From an uncultured Bacteroidales bacterium (GTDB lineage Bacteria; Bacteroidota; Bacteroidia; Bacteroidales; JBBRXJ01), in assembly GCA_964549265.1 (NCBI GenBank), contig CAZJWE010000003.1, positions 1 to 58,871 on the forward strand: a stretch of 58,871 bases of DNA. Direction: 5' to 3'. A model generated the notes under the pieces. That model did no database searches. It was not told the DNA's origin and worked only from the letters and a program-made list of their open reading frames with translations. A program made the position numbers and the translations under genes. Positions 8,272 through 16,109 of the stretch are shown here, piece by piece. Within the stretch, counting starts at the first letter, position 1. Each line of letters begins with the position of its first letter.

Positions 8272-10667
8272 AGAATCTGTTTTATTTATTATTCGCCGTA
8301 TCATTATTCATTCATCAACCTGTTATACAATCCCAAACACTTCAATCCATACTTCCCGATTCAGCTTACCAGGGGGATGGTTTAAGTGTGACAATCAGCG
8401 GGGAAGGCACTCATTTTAGCCAGGCCACATATACCATCGTATATCTAAATCAGGCCAGCAGTACGATTTTCCCGACACAGACAATAATTCAAAACAATAC
8501 CCGGATTGATGTTGAATTTGAATTCACCAATAACTATAAAGCGGGGATATATGACTTATATTTATATAATGATGTAGATGAAAGTATGGAACTTCCATCT
8601 GCATTTGAATTGCTTAAAGACACAATCCCTCCTGAAATAAGCGCAGTTGAACCGGATTCGGCATACCTTGAAGATAAATTAATGATCAACATTTCCGGTT
8701 CCCATACCCATTTCAAACAAGCTTCTAATGTTATTCGCCTGCGGCAAGGGACTTACACCATATCTCCCGATTATCAAAACGCAACAAATTATGACCAGAT
8801 TGAAGCTGAATATAATTTTGATGCAATGGATCCAACAGGATTTTACGACCTTGAAATTGAAAATGAGGCTGACGGGGTATTAACTTTTGAAAATGCCATT
8901 GAACACCTTAGTATAGAAAGGCCAATGCCCGTATTAAAAAACATTTCACCCGACATCGGCTATGTTGACAGTACTTTAATGACGACAATAACCGGCGAAA
9001 ATACACGATTCAACCAGGGAACAAACGTGACTGTGATCCTTATAAATGAAAACAATAAAAGAATTTATGCATCAGAGAATGTAATCAATGATACCAAAAT
9101 GCAGGTATATTTTAATTTTCGGCCATATCACGATACAGGACTGTACAATGTTCATGTTGATGATTACTATGATGATAACTTAATGATAGAAGATGGTTTT
9201 TATTTAAAACCAGACCAGACACCTCCCTTACTTCATACAATAAATCCAAATCAGGCAAAACAAGGAGAAACGATTGAATTACAAATAAGTGGAAAAAATA
9301 CACATTTTCAACAGGGCACCTCTTCTGTTGTATGGTTGAAAAAAGACGGAAACCCAATACATCCGGTTAGTAGAAATGTTATAAACGACACATTAATTTA
9401 TGCAACATTTGACTTTAATTGGACAGATAGTATCGGATATTATGATGTTCATCAATATAATGTTGAAGACAGGGAAATTTTATGCCAAAACTGCTTTTTG
9501 CTGAAAGAAAACCCCAATGCCCCGGCATTGGCCGGCCTCTCCCCTTCTGAAGGAAACAAAGGACAGCAATTAACACTTACAGTAACAGGCAGCAACACAC
9601 ATTTTCAACAGGCTACATCTGTAAGTTATTACCTCTCTAAATCTCAGACATCCATTTATCCTGATAATATTCATGTCATCAATGATTCCATTGCAGAACT
9701 GGATTTTTCATTTACACACCAACTTACACCGCAACAATATGACTTACATGCTTCTAATCCTATAGATGGGGGATTAAAACTTACTAAAGCATTTACATTG
9801 AATGATTATAATGTCTTGCCGGAAATCACTTCATTGAGCACAGATACTATTTTTTACAATGAAAACAACACCATCCATCTCGGATTTGATCATTCACACT
9901 TTATTGATGCTTCCGAACATTCATTATTCCTTAAACGGACAAATCCTTTTTATGAGATTCAGGTAAATAACATCACCATCCATCAAAATGATAGCTTAAC
10001 ATTCACAGTTAACCCCGAAGATGCAGTACCCGGAAGATATTCTATTGTTGCGTACAATAATTTTGACGGAGAAATCACATTAAATGATACCATAAAAATA
10101 CAACATCGTCCTGAAGTGCCATCTATCATTAACCTGATTAATGATACACTTCAATTACCAGGACAATACAATGTGAATGTTTATTGCCAAAACACGCATT
10201 TAGGCCAGGGAAACGACTCTGTATATCTTTTAAAGAATGGCATTGAAGCAATAATAGAAGCCGATAGTGTAATTGTTTATAATGAAGTTCATTTAAAAGC
10301 ATTCTTCACCATACATTCCAATGATATTGGAACGTATGACCTGTATATTACCAATCCTGCTGATGGTACCTTAACCGCTCCAAATGCTTTAATTTATAAT
10401 GTAGTAACCAATATTCAAAAGCAGGATAGAAAAAATACATTTAAAATATATCCCAATCCTACAAGTGGTTTGATTTACATCGAATCCCGTCCAAATGCTA
10501 TAAACCATTTATTGTTGCATTCAATTCAGGGTACAACATTAGTAAACAAACCGGTATTACAGGATGGAACCATTCAGTTGGATTTACAAAGGTTTGGAAG
10601 AGGAACGTACATCTTGACTATCATAAATGAAAACCAAAAAATTCTCAGAAAAGTTATTGTTAAATAA
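8268..10667 (+). CDS. Secreted T9SS cargo protein with seven IPT/TIG-like repeats
   Basis: 799 aa with a signal peptide. Seven ~95-100-aa repeats each carry 'I(S/T)G.NTHF.Q(A/G)' and 'G.YDL...N' blocks. The C-terminus is a T9SS sorting domain ('FKIYPNPTSGLIYIE...GTYILTIINENQKILRKVIVK'). The ATG overlaps the stop of the upstream gene (ATGA at 8268-8271). Confidence 0.8.
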   Translation: MKNLFYLLFAVSLFIHQPVIQSQTLQSILPDSAYQGDGLSVTISGEGTHFSQATYTIVYLNQASSTIFPTQTIIQNNTRIDVEFEFTNNYKAGIYDLYLYNDVDESMELPSAFELLKDTIPPEISAVEPDSAYLEDKLMINISGSHTHFKQASNVIRLRQGTYTISPDYQNATNYDQIEAEYNFDAMDPTGFYDLEIENEADGVLTFENAIEHLSIERPMPVLKNISPDIGYVDSTLMTTITGENTRFNQGTNVTVILINENNKRIYASENVINDTKMQVYFNFRPYHDTGLYNVHVDDYYDDNLMIEDGFYLKPDQTPPLLHTINPNQAKQGETIELQISGKNTHFQQGTSSVVWLKKDGNPIHPVSRNVINDTLIYATFDFNWTDSIGYYDVHQYNVEDREILCQNCFLLKENPNAPALAGLSPSEGNKGQQLTLTVTGSNTHFQQATSVSYYLSKSQTSIYPDNIHVINDSIAELDFSFTHQLTPQQYDLHASNPIDGGLKLTKAFTLNDYNVLPEITSLSTDTIFYNENNTIHLGFDHSHFIDASEHSLFLKRTNPFYEIQVNNITIHQNDSLTFTVNPEDAVPGRYSIVAYNNFDGEITLNDTIKIQHRPEVPSIINLINDTLQLPGQYNVNVYCQNTHLGQGNDSVYLLKNGIEAIIEADSVIVYNEVHLKAFFTIHSNDIGTYDLYITNPADGTLTAPNALIYNVVTNIQKQDRKNTFKIYPNPTSGLIYIESRPNAINHLLLHSIQGTTLVNKPVLQDGTIQLDLQRFGRGTYILTIINENQKILRKVIVK
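8340..10413 (+). repeat. Seven tandem ~290-300-nt coding repeats (IPT/TIG-like domains) inside the 8268..10667 CDS
   Basis: The protein-level periodicity is read from the translation. Repeats are diverged, with low nucleotide identity. Boundaries are approximate. Confidence 0.7.
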
Positions 10668-10721
10668 ACCGTTGCATACATAATACGATACTGCTGCAAT
10701 TTTTGTGGAAAAAGTTTTTAA

Positions 10722-10985
10722 TTTATCAACCATATATTAGAATTAATAACATCAATTTCTGAGCAAATTGGAGAGATTAAAGCAGCCAGATTAACTAAAC
10801 CGCCAACAGAACTAAGAAAACGAAACAGGATTAAATCAATCCAGTCAACTTTGGAGATTGAAGGCAACACTCTTACAATAGAGCAAATAACAGACCTGAT
10901 TAACAATAAAAGGGTTTTGGCCCCTCAGAAAGATATACTGGAAGTTAAAAATGCAGTAAATGAACAATTTTTGGAACAAGTATAA
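10722..10985 (+). pseudogene. Remnant of a Fic/DOC family gene: N-terminal fragment with the inhibitory helix, no Fic core
   Basis: An open frame with no ATG/GTG/TTG start near its 5' end translates to 'FINHILELITSISEQIGEIKAARLTKPPTELRKRNRIKSIQSTLEIEGNTLTIEQITDLINNKRVLAPQKDILEVKNAVNEQFLEQV*'. It contains the (S/T)xxxE(G/N) inhibitory motif ('TLEIEGN'). It stops before any HxFx(D/E)GNGRxxR motif. Confidence 0.6.
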
Positions 10986-11025
10986 TGATGCAAACAGACA
11001 TTACAGCCAAAGATGAATTTGCAGC

Positions 11026-12579
11026 TTAATACAAATCCCACGAACCATTCAAGAAATACCGATACACCACAGGATTGTGAATGGTATTGATTTCGATGGA
11101 GCCTGTATCCTGAAAAAAATAATTTTTGCCGAATGAAGTGATCAATGACATGGCCTCATGATTGATCCAGTGTGTTTGGATGTCATTCAAGCGGATGTTA
11201 TGCAAGGCTTTTTTAATTTGCTCATCTGATATATTATTGTTAACACCCAACACCCATCCCCATTCGCCCATCGTGATGATCTGATTATGCAATGGAATAG
11301 CTGACAGGCCTGCTTGTTCCATGGTATTTAATATACATTTGAAACTTTTTGAAGCAAAATACGGGCTTCCTGCCTGGGTAACGATGATCCCGTTAGGGCG
11401 CAAATGTCGTTTTAACATGGAATAAAACTCCAATGAATAGAATCTTGCCAGCTCCACATTTCTCGGATCAGGAAGGTCTATGATAATGATATCATAAAAC
11501 CATTGATCATGCACAACATATTGATAAGCATCCTGGTTAATAATTTTCACTTTGCTGTCTTTAAGCGCATGGTTATTTATTTCAGTCAGTGCCGGATGTG
11601 TTTGAGCAAGCTCCGTCATTACCGGGTCAATATCTACCAGCCGAACAGACCGGACAGAAGTATGTTTAAGCACTTCACGGACAGCACACCCGTCTCCCCC
11701 ACCCAGCACCAAAATGTCTTTGGGTAAAGGGTGCTGTTTCATGGCCGGGTGCACCAATACTTCATGATACAATGGTTCATCATAGGATGCAAACTGAAGG
11801 TTGCCGTTTAAATACAACCAATAATCGTCTTTCCACTGGGTAATGACGATCTTTTGATATCGGGTTTGCTTTTCAAACACAATTTTATCTTTATACTTTT
11901 TCTGTTCACCATAAAAAATAATCCTTTGTGCATTGAACGCACCCATAACTATGAACAGCACCAATCCAATGGCTGCAATATTCAGCGAGAATCTTTTAGA
12001 GGATTTAATGACAGAGGGAAAAAAATTGAGCATGGCAATGGCAACCAATAAATTGATAGCACCAAGCACAAATGGTGTATAGGTTAATCCCAGGTGTGGC
12101 AACCCGATAAAAGCAAAAAACAAACCACCCACAAGGCTTCCATAATAATCTTTTTCGAGGATGTTGGAAATATTGAATTTTAATGCTTCAAATTTATTAT
12201 TCAAGCGGACAGCCAGAGGCAATTCCATCCCTATGAGTGTTCCGGTGATAATGGCCAGTATATAAATCAATAAGCCGGCATATATGGTATGAGCAGCAAC
12301 GGAATAGGATAATAATGCTGCAAATGAAACAATGATAGACAGTGCAAACTCCGTCAGAATAAAAAGGATGAATTCGTTTTTGGATATAAATTTTGTGATC
12401 CGCGCCCCTACGCCCATGAAAAATAACATTAAAGAGATGATCAATGCCCATTGAACAATGGAGTCTCCTAATAAATAGCTGGCCAGTGTGGCCAATATAT
12501 ACTCAGATACAATACCGGACAATCCGGTTGCAAACAGTGCAACCTTAAGTATGTAGGATTTATTTCTCAATATTGACAC
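11026..12579 (-). CDS. Membrane-anchored spermidine/spermine-synthase-like aminopropyltransferase
   Basis: 517 aa with a GTG start. The N-terminal ~210 aa are polytopic (about 7 TM). The C-terminal domain has intact aminopropyltransferase motifs: 'VLGGGDGCAVREV', 'LVDIDP' and 'IIIDLPDP'. Confidence 0.8.
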   Translation of the reverse strand: MSILRNKSYILKVALFATGLSGIVSEYILATLASYLLGDSIVQWALIISLMLFFMGVGARITKFISKNEFILFILTEFALSIIVSFAALLSYSVAAHTIYAGLLIYILAIITGTLIGMELPLAVRLNNKFEALKFNISNILEKDYYGSLVGGLFFAFIGLPHLGLTYTPFVLGAINLLVAIAMLNFFPSVIKSSKRFSLNIAAIGLVLFIVMGAFNAQRIIFYGEQKKYKDKIVFEKQTRYQKIVITQWKDDYWLYLNGNLQFASYDEPLYHEVLVHPAMKQHPLPKDILVLGGGDGCAVREVLKHTSVRSVRLVDIDPVMTELAQTHPALTEINNHALKDSKVKIINQDAYQYVVHDQWFYDIIIIDLPDPRNVELARFYSLEFYSMLKRHLRPNGIIVTQAGSPYFASKSFKCILNTMEQAGLSAIPLHNQIITMGEWGWVLGVNNNISDEQIKKALHNIRLNDIQTHWINHEAMSLITSFGKNYFFQDTGSIEINTIHNPVVYRYFLNGSWDLY

Positions 12580-12582
12580 TAA

Positions 12583-13488
12583 CTATAGGCACCAGGTTAT
12601 CAATATAGCCCCACCAATATAAGCAAATGCTTCAATAACAGAAGCACCTGTATTAGGTTTTTCCTGATTGATGAGTTCGTCTGTCAGATTTTCGCCGGGC
12701 AGGAGAATTTTATCGGTAGCCAAACGGACAACAGGCAATAATATAAATCCAATAAGCATTTCTATGGCCATTTCCATAAAATGTTCTCCCCACGAATGAA
12801 AATCACCGCTTATGCTATGTCCGATAAGAATACCAAGTGCTACTATTGCGCCGGCAAATCCAATTCCCACAGCTATATTATCTTTTTCAATATGTTCGTG
12901 CACATTGAACGGTGTGATCAGGTTGTAAAACAAACCGCCGAGTATCAATACGATTTGTCCGGCAAGCCAAAAGACAACCGAGGTGATGATGCCCGAATAC
13001 AATAAACCATACGGGAGGTCGGGAAAAAATGACTTTCCCGTGCCGGTGACTGCTCCCATGATAATAACCCCTGAGGCTACCATGTTGGCTGCTTCTATGA
13101 CCCCTGTCCCGGCATTTTGGTCTTCCACGATTTCCTTTTTGGTACTGAAGGTGTGCAAAATAACTTTATCATTAATGAATGACGAGATGTTTAAAAGTAT
13201 AATTGCCAATACCCCATATACTCCAATATCAAGAACGTCTATCCATATTCCTGCTGATGGGCCGATGATAGCGCTTCCAATAGCAAGCAAGAGGCCAATA
13301 TAATAACCTGTATTGGCCAATGCAAAGGCAAAGTTGTCTTTTTTTACCAGTTCATGTTTCACATCAATTTTTCTTCTGATCTGATCATATACCAATTTTC
13401 CGATAAAAAATAAGATGAAAGCACTTAAAAGATAAATAAGTGTTTCAATGATCAAAACCAGGTTTGGATTGTTAATGTATTCTTCCAT
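12583..13488 (-). CDS. Integral membrane protein built from four DUF350 (YjfL-like) units
   Basis: 301 aa with four repeats of TM - acidic loop - 'N.A/G...' - TM. The repeat cores are 'DNFAFALANTGYYIG', 'QNAGTGVIEAANMVA', 'DNIAVGIGFAGAIVA' and 'PNTGASVIEAFAYIG'. Confidence 0.7.
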   Translation of the reverse strand: MEEYINNPNLVLIIETLIYLLSAFILFFIGKLVYDQIRRKIDVKHELVKKDNFAFALANTGYYIGLLLAIGSAIIGPSAGIWIDVLDIGVYGVLAIILLNISSFINDKVILHTFSTKKEIVEDQNAGTGVIEAANMVASGVIIMGAVTGTGKSFFPDLPYGLLYSGIITSVVFWLAGQIVLILGGLFYNLITPFNVHEHIEKDNIAVGIGFAGAIVALGILIGHSISGDFHSWGEHFMEMAIEMLIGFILLPVVRLATDKILLPGENLTDELINQEKPNTGASVIEAFAYIGGAILITWCL

Positions 13489-13509
13489 GCTTTATTGTTT
13501 TTTTAATGA

Positions 13510-14265
13510 TTATTTTCCAAAGCCTCCGCTTCTTGATCTATAGTTGGATCCTCCGGAGTATCTTGATCCGCTGCGCCGAATCCGGGATGATGAACTCTTA
13601 TTAACCCTGCTTCGGACACGTTCTCTGAATGACTGAGGTTTAGCCCCCCATGAGGTATTTCTTCCCGAAGAGGTTTTATTGACATAATTTTTAGTACCAT
13701 AATATCCACTCGGGCCATAATAATCGCGTCCCGAATTCCGGTAGCTCGAATAATAATTATTCCAATAGCTTTGCCTGGCAGGAAATGTAGCCATGTTAAA
13801 TATGCTTGACAGCATGGCGTATTTGCCATAAAACTCCCAAAACGAACTGCCATTACGTTGCCTCCAGGTACCATATTTTTCATTGCCAACGTAATTGGAA
13901 TATCCGGCTGGAGCTACATTTTTTGTGAGTTTCCCATCTTTTTTGGAGGCGATCTCCATACCAAGGTTATTTAAATTTTGTTTAAAAAACCGGTCTGAAA
14001 CCTCATACCATTGTGTTGTTTTGGTGTCAAAAGTAGTATCTGATTTTGGATATACAACCTGATATTGATGCTTATACTTATCCTGGTAATCCATGTCTTT
14101 GAGGATTACTGTAAAATCGGATAAATGACTGTTTTTTTCAATCACTTTATCCAGTCCTTCTTTTTGGTATTTATATTGATCTTTCTGCTTGCATCTGCCT
14201 GAACTAATAATAATTAACATAAAAACACCTAATATAACGACTAAATATGTACTTCCTCTTTCCAT
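13510..14265 (-). CDS. Signal-anchored or lipoprotein-like protein with a Tyr/Ser/Arg/Gly-rich disordered tail (positional analogue of YjfM/DUF1190)
   Basis: 251 aa. It has an N-terminal hydrophobic anchor ('YLVVILGVFMLIIISSGRC') and a small globular middle part. The C-terminal ~90 aa are low complexity ('YWNNYYSSYRNSGRDYYGPSGYYGT...SGSRYSGGSNYRSRSGGFGK'). Confidence 0.55.
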   Translation of the reverse strand: MERGSTYLVVILGVFMLIIISSGRCKQKDQYKYQKEGLDKVIEKNSHLSDFTVILKDMDYQDKYKHQYQVVYPKSDTTFDTKTTQWYEVSDRFFKQNLNNLGMEIASKKDGKLTKNVAPAGYSNYVGNEKYGTWRQRNGSSFWEFYGKYAMLSSIFNMATFPARQSYWNNYYSSYRNSGRDYYGPSGYYGTKNYVNKTSSGRNTSWGAKPQSFRERVRSRVNKSSSSRIRRSGSRYSGGSNYRSRSGGFGK

Positions 14266-14292
14266 GTTTATAAATATTTATGGATTTAAAAA

Positions 14293-14835
14293 TTATTGTT
14301 CTGCCGGGATGATGTTTGAGATTTCAAATGGTTTGAGCAATTTCCCGACAGATGCTTCAAATTCACGTTCCCCCCATTGTTCTATTGTGATCACTGTATC
14401 TCCGGGATCATTATAATAATCCCAACTAATGAGCTCCAACCATTCTTTTTGAGTGCCTTCTTCTTTAAAATATCCGGGAGATTCACTTTCAAAAAAATAT
14501 TTTTGTTGTTGGTATGTGATCTCATCCGGTGGTTTATGGTTCCTTGCAATTTCATCCAGAATATTTTCTTCAATCTTATTGAGCCTGATTTTTTCAAATA
14601 GTATCACTTCTACTTCATCATCTTCTTCTACACTTAAAAATTTCATGTCATCACCCGACGATATTTTAAATTCTTTGCTGAATTCATTATTGCCCCAGTC
14701 ATAGGTATATTCGGCAACAACATGCCATTCTTTCAAATCATATTCAAAAACAAATCCTTTTTTAATATCCGTTACTTGTATGTTTAACGGATCATAATTT
14801 GCTTTCTTTTTGTTTTTGAAAATGTTAAAACCCAT
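14293..14835 (-). CDS. DUF4178 domain protein
   Basis: 180 aa, soluble and beta-rich ('GFVFEYDLKEWHVVAEYTYDWGNNEFSKEFKISSGDDMKFLSVEEDDEVEV'). The pattern is typical of DUF4178 proteins found next to PspA/DUF350 genes. Confidence 0.65.
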   Translation of the reverse strand: MGFNIFKNKKKANYDPLNIQVTDIKKGFVFEYDLKEWHVVAEYTYDWGNNEFSKEFKISSGDDMKFLSVEEDDEVEVILFEKIRLNKIEENILDEIARNHKPPDEITYQQQKYFFESESPGYFKEEGTQKEWLELISWDYYNDPGDTVITIEQWGEREFEASVGKLLKPFEISNIIPAEQ

Positions 14836-14840
14836 AGCGC

Positions 14841-15545
14841 TTATTTATTGTTCATTTTTGCTTTCAGGTCTTCCAATGCATTGCTTGCAGCCACATCAGA
14901 TGAGCCACTCAAGGCTTCATTAATCTCATTGTCAATACTTTGTCCTTCATTAGATATTTCACCATATGCCTGAGCTAATGATTCCTGCTGGTCAACCTTA
15001 TCTTTCATTTTTTCGAGCATGGAAATGGTTCCACTGCTATCTACATTGGCCATTGATTTATTGAGTTTTGAAGTAGCCTGGCTCACTCTGTACCGTGCTT
15101 TAAGCATTTTAAGCTCGTTTTCATATTTCGCAATGTTGGATTTTAATTTCTCTACATTGTTATTGAGTTGGCTAATTTGTCCCTGAAGCTGATTGTACTG
15201 ATGAGTGGATTGTTGAACCTGCCGTTGAGCTTCTTCTTTGCGTTTAAGGGCTTCTGTTGCCAGGCGGTTTGATTCTTCTTCGGACATCTCGCCTGATTGT
15301 GCTTTTTGAACAAGCTGTACAGCTTTATGTTCATAATTTTTGGCTTTGGCTGCATTGTCTGATATTTCTTTTTTGGTGCGGATAGCAACAGATTTGACTT
15401 CTGCCAAAGATTGCAAGCTTTTATCCAGTTGTTTTTTTAAATCCCTGATGCCTTGTTCGGTCATTTTAATAGGATTTTCGAGCTTGTCAACTGCAGCGTG
15501 AGCTTCAGCTTCGCCCACTTTAAAAATTCGTTTAAATAATCCCAT
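14841..15545 (-). CDS. pspA: PspA/IM30 (ESCRT-III-like) family membrane-stress protein
   Basis: 234 aa. The N-terminus 'MGLFKRIFKVGEAEAHAAVDKLENPIKMTEQGIRDLKKQL' and the long heptad coiled coil match the PspA/IM30/LiaH family. Confidence 0.85.
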   Translation of the reverse strand: MGLFKRIFKVGEAEAHAAVDKLENPIKMTEQGIRDLKKQLDKSLQSLAEVKSVAIRTKKEISDNAAKAKNYEHKAVQLVQKAQSGEMSEEESNRLATEALKRKEEAQRQVQQSTHQYNQLQGQISQLNNNVEKLKSNIAKYENELKMLKARYRVSQATSKLNKSMANVDSSGTISMLEKMKDKVDQQESLAQAYGEISNEGQSIDNEINEALSGSSDVAASNALEDLKAKMNNK

Positions 15546-15547
15546 AA

Positions 15548-15940
15548 TTAATTCTTTTTAGATATTTCAATAAGTCGGTTACCATATTCAGCCAATAATA
15601 ATTCCAACGATTCCAATGTGGCTTCTATTTCATTGTAATCAAGATTTTCCAATTGAAGCGTGTCTCTGAAAATCACAGTATCATCCTCTGTTAAAGCAAA
15701 TGCCCCGTGGATGATATCCCTGTTTTTTGCTAATAATTCTTTTACTATTTCCAGACTATTGGTATTCAATTTGAATAGCGGATATTCAAAAATCAGTATA
15801 GGGTCTTCACAGTCAATGATTAATTTATGAATTCCGGCATCTTCGTTTTCAACGACAAATAATTCTTCCGCCTGGTCTTCTTCCAAAATATTGTACTCCA
15901 TTTGAAGTAAATATTCTTTAACTTTTGAGAATGCATTCAT
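15548..15940 (-). CDS. YbjN-like (T3SS-chaperone-fold) small acidic protein
   Basis: 130 aa, acidic. The pattern 'LFVVENEDAGIHKLIIDCEDPILIFEYPLFKL...HGAFALTEDDTVIFRDTLQLENLDYNEIE' is typical of YbjN/DUF2170-type proteins. It is the first gene of the operon. Confidence 0.55.
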   Translation of the reverse strand: MNAFSKVKEYLLQMEYNILEEDQAEELFVVENEDAGIHKLIIDCEDPILIFEYPLFKLNTNSLEIVKELLAKNRDIIHGAFALTEDDTVIFRDTLQLENLDYNEIEATLESLELLLAEYGNRLIEISKKN

Positions 15941-16109
15941 GATAATAATTGTTTTTTATTTTATGCAATATTATAAATTTTTTAAGAATATAAATCTATA
16001 ATTAATCAATTTTTAAAATATTAATTTTATGTTAATATTTTTAAATGATTTTTGAATTCTATTCATACAAACGCTTTAACAAAAAAAATATTCTTTGGAA
16101 TGTCTTTAT

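Noticed and set aside
10718-10906. A 62-aa minus-strand ORF in the spacer before the SpeE-like gene.
   Set aside because: It is antisense to the much more convincing Fic N-terminal remnant on the plus strand.
13503-13889. A 128-aa minus-strand ORF overlapping the 13510..14265 gene in another frame.
   Set aside because: It is an alternative frame of the repetitive Tyr/Ser/Arg/Gly-coding tail. The longer frame has a signal anchor and fits the operon spacing.
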